NCBI GenBank assembly: GCA_000708835.1
Contig: DF237349.1
Coordinates: forward strand, 21,216-85,215
Reading direction: 5' to 3'
Length of the DNA stretch: 64,000 nt
DNA from: Klebsormidium nitens
Lineage: Eukaryota; Plantae; Klebsormidiophyceae
A program made the translations under genes and the position numbers. The notes below the pieces were generated by a model, which was given only the letters and a program-made list of their open reading frames with translations, was not told the origin of the DNA and ran no database searches. Positions within the stretch are counted from its first letter, which is position 1. Every line of letters begins with the position of its first letter. Below are positions 12,688 through 25,585 of the stretch, piece by piece.

Positions 12688-12977
12688 GACCCCCTATGTT
12701 CAGTCCAGAGCCCCTCGAGACCCGAACGGCCAGGCCCCCCCACCTCCCGCTGTCCTCCACTCAAGGATAAGCCGAGCCCCCCCCCCCTCCGGCTGTATGA
12801 ATATGTGTATTTTGCGGCTATTTTGCCCCTGAAAACAGCATTTTCAGACCGATATTACAACAATTTCCGAGCCTGCGGCTCGACCATGGCGGAAACCCCG
12901 AGCCCCCCCTCCCGCTGCCCTTAGGATTTTAAACCCCCAACCCCCCACCCTCTGAACTGAACATACCGTAGGGGGTC
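12688..12977. mobile_element. Possible ~290-bp MITE relic between divergent MRS2 and LSM3
   Basis: Left gaccccctatgttcagtccagag (12688-12710) is the reverse complement of right ctctgaactgaacata[ccgta]gggggtc (12950-12977), with one mismatch and a 5-bp insert. Internal direct repeats ccgagccccccc(c)tcc. No clear TSD. Confidence 0.5.
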
Positions 12978-13180
12978 AGCTTCAACATGACCTTACCCTA
13001 AATATTACAGACACAAGAGAAAAGCGGGCCAGCCTCTGCACACACAGCCATTCCTGGTCCTGAGCCTGAGGCGAGAGCAACTGCCCAGGGGCCAGGGCGC
13101 ATTTTCCAGCAATTGATCTGCAACTTGTAAGGCTTCCAGCAAATCCTCTGCTTGTTGTCCCACACAACCTACAGCGGGTC

Positions 13181-14946
13181 ATGGCAGCCGCAGAAGAGGA
13201 CAACACAGTAAAGGAGCCGCTCGATCTTATAAGGCTGAGCCTAGATGAGAGGATATATGTCAAGCTGCGCGGGGATCGGGAATTGAGAGGGAAACTTCAT
13301 GTGAGTCTTGAGGAAGCTGCTTGGGTGGCCTCTTGTCAAAACAAGTGGTTTCCGCAGGCTGCACTGTCACACTTGTGTAAAACCTACAATGGGTCGTTTT
13401 GCTGCTCATTTTGGTATCTGGCCTGCGGAAAGGTGGTATGGTCACTCAATCAGGCCAACTCTAGCAGTTTTTGAAGGTCGAGTTGCTCTGCACGTTACTG
13501 CCCTTCCGTTCAAGATGGATTTCTTTGGTGCAATACCTGGTTGAGCTCCGTGATCCTGAAGTACCTGAGGCCATCTTCATTTGGATTGCACTTTCCGAAC
13601 GCAGGGGGCAGTTGCTTAATTTCAAAAAGGGGCAGCCGGTCCCACCTTGTATGCTTCTCCTGTGCAACTTATTGCTTATGCGATTGTCCTGTTGGTCCCC
13701 CCCAGAACTCACCAAAACTTCCAGAAGCACCTCAATCTGACATCTGGGTCCATGCTTTCCTATGCTCCATAATAAAGAAGGTAGACACACAAGGCAACCT
13801 GGGTTGCCTCCAAACTTAGGGACTTCATATTTTAGGGGGGAAGCTGCCCTTTCGACCACCAAACCTCAAAGGGTTCACTGCTGCTGTCGAGAAGCGGTGA
13901 TGCTGAAAGCGCTTCCATTTTGCAGGCGTATGATCAGCACTTAAACATGGTTCTTGGAGACGTAGAGGAGTCGGTCACGCTGGTGGAAATAGACGATGAG
14001 ACATATGAGGAGATTGTGAGGGTGAGTGAGCAGAGGACGCACGCTAGTAATTGGACTTCGTTTTTCCCTTTTGCTGTTTGCACTTCTGTTGCCGGGGCGT
14101 TGTCTGAGGGCTTCAGTACATCGTGAAAGCTCTCGCATCCTGGACCATCCTTCAGTTGAGTTTGTGCATGAAGCAGCGTTTAAAGCATGTATCAAACATC
14201 AGGTGCATATTTGGAGTGGATTGACAAGGATTGGTAAGGAGACAGGACGGGGCATCATGTCCCTTTTTGTGGAGGACTCTCCGTGGCTTCGAGTTCTTCT
14301 AAGGTTGTTACTGCGGGTCAACAGTAGCAAAAGGGATCATCAAGATTTAATTATGCGAGGAGTATTCGAATAGCCCCAGCCATAAAGCAGCCCCAGGTTT
14401 GTTGTTAAGCATTTTCCTTCTCCTTGTGCCCTAGTCTCCAGAAGCTTCTGTTTGGTCGGAAATTTGATACAAGAGTCCTACCAGCCAGGATTTTGCCCCT
14501 GAAAGTCGCAGATTCGCAGTCTGTATAGGAGTCCGGGTGTGACTCCTAAAAGATGTCCTTCTGCATCAGCTTTGGCAGGTTTTGGGGGGCACTTTCACAA
14601 GCTTTTGCTCCAGGTTGCGTAGCTTGGACTAGTCCAAAAATGTTGGTTTCCCATAGCTTCGATGCTGTATAAGACCCACTTGGACGTGCTGACCTTTCGT
14701 TCTGTATGGATGCGTAGATAGACCTCAAGTTTTACTCCAACCACCCCGACTTAGAAGGTCAATTGTGCCGAAAGCTTCAGAGGTAAGTCTTAGTGTCTGG
14801 TGGGATGAGCTTCGGACTTGGTTAAGGAGAGCAGCATGTCAATCTCCAAGTTCTCCACTCTGCAGGTGGATAAACGCACAATACCCTTCTTGTTCGTGAG
14901 AGGGGACGGAGTCATCTTAGTTTCACCACCTTTGCGGACGTCATGA
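13181..14946 (+). CDS. LSM3: Sm-like protein LSm3 (98 aa); exons 13181-13300, 13926-14021, 14866-14946
   Basis: [40 protein letters not shown]|[32 protein letters not shown]|[26 protein letters not shown]; Sm1/Sm2 motifs and phase-0 GT-AG introns. Confidence 0.97.
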
Positions 14947-15906
14947 GAGCAGCCCTTTGGGCTGAAGTTCGATGCATTGCTCTTCTCATAAATCACGGAA
15001 GGGAGGGTTGAAAGCCTTCCCCCTTAGGCGAGCAAAATTTGTATCCACTGCGCCTTCTATTAGCGGTGTGATGCAGAGTAAGTCACTGCGTCATGATGAT
15101 GCACGACAAACCTAGAGTGCGTGACCAAGCAGGCGTGAAACCTGGAGAGGGGCTGCTGCTCCCTAGCAAACAATTTTAAGAGCCTTTGACATTGATCATA
15201 CTGTCAGGAGAGACGGCAGCCAGACGCTGCTTGCTTTGCAAGCGAGCCTCGGAGGTGTTGAATGAAACTTACAAATCGAATGGTGTATGTGTCAAAAGTT
15301 TCAAGTTTGACATCACATAGTTCTTATTGCACACCATAGCGTATGTTAATGAAAGCGGCCCAGCCATGCATTCGATCGATGTTGAGACGATCTTCATGGC
15401 ATGGTAGTGGGCGTGCAATGCAATTACATACAACCGATATAAACTATCTCATCCCACGTAGTTTATACCGTTCATATGCAAATTTTCAGAGAATGCGTTC
15501 ACATGGTGTCGGATACTGGATGGCGGCCGCAATTAAACATCCATTGAAAACTTGGAGTGTTGCTTTCCGTACACAACATTTACATTTTCTGTTTTACAGA
15601 AATCGGGAGATCGTTCAATGTATGCTAGCGCAATCAGTCCATCGTTACCAGCCACTTCGTCTCGAACGGCTACCATACAATTAAGCTACAGTCCCAACGC
15701 GTGCCTCTTATCCATTCTCAAGATAACCCTCTATCTTCATTTTACTGTTACTTCCAACAAAGTGTTGATCTCACCGAGTCAGTCAGCGCGCTAGTTTACA
15801 TTGTTAGAATACAGACTCAAAACCGGGGGCGCTTTAGCTTGTCAGGCCCCCGTAGAACTACAATACAACGCGTGCAACACATACCGGACATTTACTCAAT
15901 CCAAAT

Positions 15907-18052
15907 CTAAACTGGGCTCGACTTTTCCCCGGCAGACTTGCCAGGGCTCTTGCCTTGCAGAATACCAGCGGGGCTCGATTTCTTGGAGTCAACGTCCTGT
16001 CCAATTGTCAGGGTGTCACTCTGAGGAGACCGGTAAGCACCGCCGGGCTTCTCCATCTTCGGAGCTCCCTGCAAAAATAAGGATTCCAGATTAGCACATG
16101 ATTCGTAGGTGTAAGACCGTTTTGAGGATTGGGTTGCAGCCACTAGAACAGAACCTTCCACCTTCAAGAAAGCATGTGATCAAAACCTGTAAATGACCTT
16201 GTTTGAACCTTATTTCTCAAGCTACAGTGTTCAGGAAAAACTCTCATCATATGACAATCACACGAAGAGGGGGACAGGAATCCAGGCTATGATTGGCCCC
16301 CTATTGAGCACTTCTGTCAATGGCTGATGCATGGATAGATGGGACCACCAAATAATGCATGCATAAACCTGACACCACACCTCTTATAGAGTAGAGTAGC
16401 AAGTTTGTGCACAGAGAAAGTCTTTCCAACTCACTGTGATTGTGCCGCCTGAGGCCTGAGCATTGACGCGTCCAGCTTCCTGGACAGTGTTTCCAGCCCC
16501 GCGCCCAAGAGTGGAGGGCTCTCTCCTACCCTGCGAGTGAAGAAGCGGAATGACTAGATGAGTTACTCAAACAAAATTTGCAAGTCAACATGAACTATTG
16601 TAAAGTCTTTGATGCAGCGACGATGTTTTCGGGCATAAGGAGCTTAATGTAGATGACATCATCAAGGAAGACACGCGTCAGTAGAGTCACTGAGACACAA
16701 AATCTGGAGCAAGATGTTCATGGCAAGACGCTTCTCAGTCGCCATAGCATGCAGGGCTTCTCAAGACTCTTACGGCGATGAGGAGGAAAGCTTATGGAAG
16801 GAGGACCCACTAAACTACGACATATTGTCTTTCGCATGAATGACGAAAATCTGAACCACATGAAACAAAGCCAACCCAAAGCCATCGTCACAGCCTGTTC
16901 AATAGAAAGGCTCTCCTTCTAACACTCCACATGTATTTCACAGAATCAAAGATAGTACAACTTCAAAGGGACATACCTGAGTGACAGCATCCTGCTCATC
17001 TCTTACAGCACCTTCCACCTTCTGAATGTCAGCCTTGGCATTGCCGCTTGCAAAGGTCTCGCCGACCAGTGCAGCGGTAAGAGCAACAGCTGCCGCCATG
17101 ATGCTCCTCCTCTGTACCTTTAGCTCGGAAGCATCCTGTGGAGGTTAGAACCAAGGGTTGTCAGTGTTTGTTGCAAGATTCTGAAGTAGCAAAGAAGCTA
17201 TGTACTAACCGCAGTGATTCACTGCTTTACTAGTGCCTTAGTCTCACCTTCTGTGGAACCCGGTAAGGTCAGTATGGTGACAGATTAAACCAAAATGCTT
17301 CCGCAGTTGCTGGCGATTTCAAATGGACGGAAACAGACTTTATGGATTCAATGGACGCCTTACCAGCAAAGGTCGAAGACTTGATTAGGCCTGATAAAGA
17401 CTGGAAACTTTCTTTGTATTAGATTTGCACTTCTGGGATTTACGAGTTCAAATTTGAGGAACTATCCAATACCGGAAGTAGGCACGCATGCATGCATTCA
17501 TTCAGTGGGTAATCTAATGGCCCACTTTTATTGCAAGACACAACAATACTTGAGGCTACAGACCACTTACTACCCGCCAATCTCGCCAATCTTTCATGCG
17601 TAACATAGTCGTATTGGTAAAGGTAATTATCAACCTCACAAACTGATGGAACAGACCTAGATTTTGGAATACCACGAACCACATTGTTCAAAGATACATT
17701 GTTCAAAGATACAAAAAATCAAGCCACATTGAACCTACATTTTCCGCAGCAGAGTTGCAACGTTCTCGAAGAGGCATACAAAGGGTGGCTTGGAAACGCA
17801 TCAAGGTGACATTGGCATCTCTGTGAATGATGTCAGCAAGTCCCTCACCTCATTCTGCTCGGCAAGTGCACACACAACCCTGCTGCGCTGCGCGCAATTC
17901 TTGCTGCTGCATCTGAGTCCGGCGGGGGTGAACGTGCTCGTCTTCAAAGAGGAGCTGAATGCTGAGCCAGCGGTTGCATGCCGGCGCTCCGCATGAGACA
18001 AGGCTACGGTTTGGCCCGCCAAGCGGGAGGCAATGGCTGCAGATGATGCCAT
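15907..18052 (-). CDS. Uncharacterised ~206-aa protein with bipartite plastid/thylakoid (Tat-type) targeting peptide; exons 18052-17849, 17135-16977, 16530-16435, 16068-15907
   Basis: Ser/Ala/Arg-rich transit peptide (MASSAAIASRLAG...RVVCALAE), then twin-arginine VQRRSIM, hydrophobic AAAVALTAALVG and an A-x-A site (NAKA|DIQK). Four exons join in phase 0 at canonical sites. The mature part is hydrophilic with no recognised domain. Confidence 0.75.
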
Positions 18053-18733
18053 GTCAAATACGCAATCAGTCAACACGAAACGTAAGATGGATAAAGTCAC
18101 CCGCACGAGGATGATGCAAGGCTCCTTGGGACTTGGGTAATGGAGCTATTCTGGATGTGGAAATAAGGAGAGCGGCGCCTGCATTGATAGCTTTTGCAGT
18201 GGCGCATTCCAATCCGCCCGTCTCCTTCTATCCGCCCTTCTCGTGGGCCAACTTGAACTTCTGGAGCAGAATTCTGCATGCATTTGAGGCCGGAAAAAGA
18301 TGCACGGCTCAGGAACCAACAAAGTGGCGCGAATGGAGGGGCTTTCAAGATTTTGTCCCCATCCATAATGCACATCGGTCTGACAAGTGGTGCCCTCTAA
18401 AGTTGCTCTACAAATTTGAACCAATCAGAGGACGCACGCTAGATCCCCCGGGCGTACGTCATCCTGATGCTTACTCGTGCCACGTGCTGCTCTCAGAAGC
18501 TTCTTGAAGGTGAAATCCAACGCGACGAGGTTCACGGCCGCCATGGAAGCGCGGTCGCCAACGTCAGAAGGTGTCTCCGGAAAAGCTTTCTGTATTGGCT
18601 CACGCCATTCCTCTCAGGCTGCTGCAAAGTTCAGCTGGGAAGAGCTTTCTTCCAAATCAGGAGCCCACTTCAATCCTGCAAGAAAAACAAACCTCCGAGC
18701 TGTTTTGGAAGAAACTTCTCTGAGCACGAAAGC

Positions 18734-21700
18734 ATGGCTACGTCATCTGCGATACAGAGGGGCTCGCTAGCTCCTCTGTCATCGGTGACGCACACCACCG
18801 CTGTGGTTGAAGAATCAAGATGCTTCTCTGCGGTGGCACGCAAAAGCAAACCCGCAAAGTTTTCCAACTATGGTCATGGTATGCAAAAACTAACCTTCTC
18901 GAGCCTTTTGGGTGGCGGCCAGCGTTCTTTGGGACAAGGCTTTAGGAACCCTGAGCAACAGGAACCGCGGAAAGCTGGGAGCGAGATTGTAGCGCAGGCG
19001 GTGAGCACTCGGTTCAACAGGAAGGCACGCAGGGCAGAGAACGTGGAGGGGGACTTCTTTGTTGGTGAGAGCTTTTTGGAATGATTGTTGTTGTGCCCTT
19101 TTCACATGAGGTCGCTGGAGTGGGTCTAAGAGTTTGTCGAGGGCTGTGGATTGGTGGTGTGAGAGCGTTTCACCTGGAAGTCAATGGAAGAGATTAACGA
19201 AGTGCTTCTGCTTGCAAAGTGAGGTTGTTTAGGCTCGCCATACACGGAGAATTCGCAAGAGACGGACTGCCTTGAATTTTGCTCCTAAAAAGGAAGAGAG
19301 AGTAGTGCTTATGGTACTTTTGGAGCTTGAAAACTGTCACGAGAAGGAGTTGGGCTGGGCCTGTGGGATGACTGGATAGACCTGATTCGGATTCAATCGA
19401 TTTCTGGACCAGTGGAAGTCTATAGACGGTTACTTGTTGGAGATGCCACAGCATTTAAACCAATTTTGAATGGTTTATTCATCATAGGCTGCTGTTGATG
19501 ATACGCTTTGTAATAATACATCTGGCTGACACGCCCATCATTTGTTGCTCAACGGTTTCGCCTGACGGTTTCTCAAGTCGTTGTTTGTTTGAGTTTTTCT
19601 AGTCACAATGCTGCTGCATCCAGCTGAATGGGAATCTTGATTGGACAGGTTTCCTTGTCATTACTGGTTGGATATAGACACATGGATAGACGTGTAGCTC
19701 GAATGACTCAACAAGCGTGACAGGGGAACTTATATACTCCATAAAGGCAATTGCAGCTCCCAGAGGAGATTTGCTCTGAAACCAAGAGCCTTGCCAGAAA
19801 ATAGTAGCTGGTTTCAAATTCATTGTGACCTACTTCAGTTAACCGCCTGGTTGTGGCATTTTTTGTATGTCTTATCTCGTCACACGGCCAGTCAATCTAG
19901 CCAAAGGTCGATCGTACATTGATTTGCGCTCCACACAGGTCAAGGACTTCCTAGTCCATTTTTAATATCCTGAGTTTTGCTTCGTTCTTCAACTATTGCA
20001 GATCACACCTGCATCGATTGCGATACCTGTCGATGGATGGCCCCCGAGACCTTCTCTCATTTGAACGGCCAGTCTGCGGTTCACCGACAGCCGCAAACAC
20101 CGGACGAGCGGACGCGTGCGCTGCAGGCGCTCCTTGCGTGTCCGACGGCGTCGATCCGGACGGAAACGCCGCCAAAGGACATCAAAGATGCGCAGAACAC
20201 GTTTCCACTCGCCATAGATCCTGAAACACTACCGGTGAGGCTCTGTAACTCCAGCAGTGCCTTTGAGGAGCAGCATGGTGTGCCTCAACTTGAAGCGCCG
20301 TTGCGAGGGTCGACTTATCTTGCGAACAAATTGCAGTGCTTTCGTTTGCAGAACCACGTGGGTAAGTATTGCCTACAAGGTGTTCTTAAGAGGTTACGTC
20401 ACGCGCGGCACCAACATCGTGTGACAGAATGCAAACGGCGATACAACTGTTCTGTTGAAGGGTCAGAAGCTGTAAGATGTGGGAACTCGTGATGATTCTT
20501 AAAAGTGGGACTTGTGATGACTACTGATGACGTCACTCCGTTTGCAGGGGGTGTACCACAGCGGGTACCACTCCGAAAACTCGTACGGCGCCACGTCGTA
20601 TTTCGTGCATCGGCCGGAGCGGGGCAACATCCTCATTGACAGGTGGGCTTTCGTCACCCCCTTACGTCAAACATCTGTACGTCTGACGTCACATAGGGTG
20701 CGTTCAATGCCGGGCTTCTTTATGCCCAGACCGCTTGGGAAACTGCAGGCTGAATCAGAGGTTTTCGTTTAGGGCATTCGGTTAAAGATTGGTAATTGCA
20801 CAAGACCACGAGGTTGTTGCCTCCGAGGTGGGTCAGGGGAGCTCCAGTCAAGCGCAGAGTTCGGCTGCGGCCATGTCAAGCGGTGTATAATTCCAATTTG
20901 ACAGAACAATTCTGCGCACAGGTTTGTTTACCTTCTTAGTTAGATTGGGTGTCGTTCCGTGACACGGGCAGCGTCGACCGTTGATGACGTTCGCACGCGT
21001 TTGATATCAATGTCTGCAGACCCTCCTCAGTTGCACGCTGCTATGACAAAAAGACGTTGTATGGGACTTTGCTTACTCTGCATTCCTGGCATCGCTGGAA
21101 GTTTCGGGACTGCTGAAAGGAGCGTGCGCCGTTTTGACCCGACTTTGTTGTCAGGTAGCCTGAAAGAGGAGCATGATGGCGGTTGTTGACCGTATTTGCA
21201 GCCCCGCATCGATTGAACGTCCACAAATAACTTCAAAGTTTGGCAGCGGGCAGTACTCCTTCCTGCTTTTCTGAACGCGTTAGGCCGTCTTCGATGCCAG
21301 CTGACGTCATGAGCTGACGTCATGAGTCTTCTTGCCGCAGCCCCCGCTTTACCGAAGTCCTCGCGAAGCGGATCGAACAGATGGGCGGCGTGCGGTACAT
21401 GTTCCTGACGCACCAGGACGACGTGGCAGATCACGCCAAGTGGGCGGCGCGCTTCGGGTGTGAGCGCATCATACACGAAGATGACGTAAGCACCTTTCTT
21501 CTGGTACCGGGTTCTGCAGTGTTTGGTAGAAAGCCGTCAGGAGTGACACACTCATTTTCACCGTCGAAGATTGAGAGTTGCCGAAGTTGATAGTGCGCTT
21601 CAGGTAGGAGCGACTTCTGGGAATGAGATCAGCCAGTTCATCTTGGTCCTCTCAACCCTCGAGGCATCTGCAAAAAGTCAGGCTTGCAGAGTCCGACAGA

Positions 21701-24467
21701 ATGTGTACGTTTTAAGAGCGACTAACAATTGGGCGTCGGGCGTTGGGTGTGTTGGCAGTATTCGCGACCAGATGACAACAAAAAACTCTTGCTTGGTTGC
21801 AACAAAGCTTGACTCCTGACTGTCAATCTTTCGTTTCCAAAAAAGTCACACATTTGCCAGTGAGGTTAGGAAACAAAGTAGGTCTTGTTTTCTCGAATCC
21901 GTTGCTCCTCGGTTCGACTGAGTGGAATAAGAGATTGAATGCGAAGCAAAGTTTTTCAAGCTTCTGGGCTCTTTCAACTCCTCCGAAATGGACGGCCGGA
22001 ACGCGCTCACCTCTTGTGGCACAGACATTGCTCGTGGCGACTTATCGGCAGCCCCCTAACAACATCCGCAAGGGAACTAGAAAACATGCTCTTTCTGCGT
22101 GTGCCAGGTACTGTCTCGTGATGTTCTCCCGGGTCAATGTGGAAGACACCAAATAAACTCCATTTGTCCACTTCGTTTAACTTTTTCCAAAAAGGTTCAA
22201 TGTCGAAGACGAGGGAAACTGACTCTAGTTGTGGTTTACAGGTGCGGTCGAGCACGCGAGACGTTGAGCGGAAGCTAGAGGGCAGCGGCCCGTGGACGCT
22301 CGACGAGGAGGTGGAGCTTATTCACACCCCTGGGCACACCGCGGTGAGCTAACTCCTGCGCATTTCTGGTCGTATTCATGCTTTTTATCATGCGTGCCAC
22401 TGTAGCCATGTTTGAGAGTTCACAGTACTTATGCGGTGTCGATTAGGATAATATACGTGTTACCTGTCAAGGTAGTCCGTCTCGCTGCATTTGCAAAACC
22501 TGCTTAAGAACAAGTCTTTATCCGTTAATATCAAATCAGGAGGGAATGCTTTCGGGTTTAACGGGGTTTGCCAGTCTACAGACTCCTTCTGATGCGCTGC
22601 GTGTGGCCTGATTAGTCATACCCAAAGATGAGCGGAATGCTTGACCAGAAGCATAGAAACTATCAGTCCGGAAGGATCGAACCCTTACCGGTTCACGTAC
22701 TTCTCAAAGCGACTGTGCCACTGAGCCAGGCATTATTGCAGTTGTCCCTTTCATATTGCAGTTGTCCCTTTCATGCAGTCAGCAGTAAGGAAAAACTTTT
22801 CCTTACTACTGACTGCGCCATTGCAAAGGCAAACAAAACAAGAATTTCGCCAAACGGATACCAAACAAACACAACACTGGCAAAGCTTAAGCAGGCGGGC
22901 TCCAAAGAGCCCATGTTTCTGAGTCTCCTTTTGTTGAACCCCTCTATACAGGGCTGCGTGTCTCTCTTCTACAAGCCGCACAAGGCCCTCTTCACAGGGG
23001 ACCATTTGGCCTACTCCCGGCGGCAAGAAGGGCTGTCTATCTTCCGCGGTGTAAACTGGTACTCAGGTGAGGGAGTATTCACACTGAGGCTTTGTGGAGT
23101 ATCCTTCGGGCCGTAGAGGGAGACTCTGGTCCATTATGATGCACACCGAGCACCTTCTGCGGCCTTATTGGCAGTCCACACAATCGAATTTGCGTCGACA
23201 CCCCCGAATGCGTGTATCGGATTGTGGATTGGGAATTATGTAAGCTGAGTTCGCACGGCGGCCTTGTTTGCGTTGGTTCAATCCGTTATCCGGTCCTAGG
23301 CATCCGTTGAAAAGCTTTTCCGTTCCGCCTGGCAGATCGGACCCGTGTCATTCTTTTTTTTTCGTTTTGCTGGTCTTTTGACTCGTAAAAAGGAAGGCTC
23401 CTGTTTCAAATGAGTGTTGGTTTCCTCCTACGAACCGCTCCAAAAAAAAAATCCCCGTCTCTTGTCCGCAGTGTCCAAGCAAATTGACAGCGTCCGCAAA
23501 CTGATCCCACTCGATTTCCTTTGGCTTCTCCCTGGTAAGTCCCGCGTACGTTAACTGGAGTTGGGTTATACTGGAGTTTGCATTTAACCTGTTCGCGCTG
23601 GGAGGTTCAGAAAATGGCGTGACACTCGAATCTCAAAAAGTCTTGATTCACGAATCTGGTCCGGACAAACCGAGGACGCTGATATGGTCCACCGTTTGTG
23701 GCAAAAGTGCCCAGGGGTCTCAAACGACCAGTTTTGTTCATCGAAACCGAACCGGGTTCCGTTCCGCGCCTGTACTTTGGGATAGCCGACAGTGGACAAC
23801 TTTGACGCAAACTCGGATATGTCAAACAAACAAGTGGCGGTTCCGGCCTTGTGAATCCAGGCATAAATTTCATTCGAAGCCTTGGTTTTTGAGTACGGGC
23901 ATTTAGCGCTTTGAACGCCAGACCCCCTGGAAACGCTTCGCTCCTTTGGCATCGCTCGCATATGCTGAAGCAGCTTGTCGAAGGGCACTGCTCAGTGGCG
24001 TAGTTTTCTTTTGTTTGTGTCGTTTCGATTTGCTTCGTTTCGTTCGTTCTTTCGAAAAGAGCAAAGGGCTTCACACCTTCGATCTGGAAAAAGGGCTAAC
24101 GAACCCGCAGAAATCATGCCTTGACTACTTGAAACAGAGATGCCAACATTCAATAAACACCCCTTGTCTTAGCAGCATTTCAATGCCGGTCACGTCATGC
24201 TCCTGCGCTAATTCATTGTTAGCTGGATTGATGTCCGACTGACCCTGAGCTGTGTTCGTTTGAAATTTGGCTGAAACGACATCTGATAGCCGGTAATATC
24301 TTTTTACCCTACTTATTGCTATCTATTATGAATGATAGGCGATGGTAAACTGCTACTGACATCGCCCACTTTGCTATTGTGTTTCAGGGCACGGCCGGCG
24401 TTACCACTTCGAAAGCGAAGCCGACAGACGGGAAAAGCTGGAGGAGCTAGTTGCTCAGGAGAGTTAA
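18734..24467 (+). CDS. Plastid-targeted single-cluster ferredoxin / metallo-beta-lactamase-fold fusion (cyanobacterial/plant family); exons 18734-19064, 20002-20234, 20548-20642, 21341-21485, 22242-22343, 22952-23066, 23472-23534, 24388-24467
   Basis: [23 protein letters not shown]...[10 protein letters not shown] (CxxCxxC...CP), then [43 protein letters not shown] and WLLPGHG (MBL metal-ligand motifs). All intron phases are consistent. Confidence 0.92.
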
Positions 24468-25585
24468 GCATAGGCGACGCTACCGCACGCAACCGACTAT
24501 ATTTGATTATGTTGACTACACTTGAATTTGAGAGAAGCACCAATTGTTATCTCCTGTACAGCCTATAGCGTTTCTAGTAAGTTCTAAAGCTAGCTAGACT
24601 AAGTTTGCTGGAGGTTGATTTGGGTTGTAAATTTGTGCTCGCGTTTTGGTTGCGCCTCATTCTATTGCGTTGCCAGACTAGCAATTGACCTTGAAAACGC
24701 TTATATCTTATACTAATTGGCTGAAAGGATTTGTGTACATTCGATATGAGTTGAATTTCGATCAGGACGCTTAAATTAACACGCGAGTGACCCCATCAAT
24801 CATTTTCAAAGCTCCGGATTGCATTTCAACTTATAATCCCCATTAGTACGGGTCAAAAAGGTTTGCCTCAAGCTGGTGTATGAGTTGCCTGCACTGAGTG
24901 CTGGAGCACGAAGCTGCAATGAACACAAATTAACAGCATGAACGCCACGGCGCGTCACCTGCTAATGGGCCCCGGCCCTTGGTTGTGCTAAATTGCTGCA
25001 GCTTTAAAAGCAGGCTCAGTGACGGAGATTGAACTTACAAAACAAGATAACGAGCGGGCGGCCCGCGTGGCATGCAATCAAGCGGCGGCCCCCGTAGACA
25101 TATCCAGTTTGGAGTACAGCTTAAGTTAGGCTGAAGTGACAACCGTCAACAGAATTCACTGTATACACGTTGCACAATTTCTGCATGCAGAGGGCCGTGC
25201 GGCCGAGCTCAGCCTCTGACTGATTTGGACATTTGAGTGATTTCTTTGGTGCGCTCAGTCAGTGTGCAACAAGTGTGGCATGCTTTAATCTAGCGGTGCC
25301 AGGTTCCTTTCGAGCTAGACTTCTAATTCAAAGACCTCATCCTCCGACATGATCTTCTGTATCCTTTCCAAGGGAAGCCAATCCTGCGAGGCTCTAGATT
25401 TGAACGTATACGCGCTACAATCGCCGTGCGTGCAACGCTAGACACGTGCATCGCCATTAGCACAAAAGGTTTACCGCGACGGCGCGAGGTACGCGGCGAC
25501 TCTAGAGCCAATGTCATCTTGCTCGCTGTACTGTACAACTGTTGGAAGTGCATGATCAGGTCCAATCGTAGCTCGCCACGTGGCC

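Noticed and set aside
22735-22774. Short perfect tandem duplications (20 bp here; 15 bp at ~17684; ~30 bp at ~29430)
   Set aside because: Ordinary slippage products with no exon or splice-site content.
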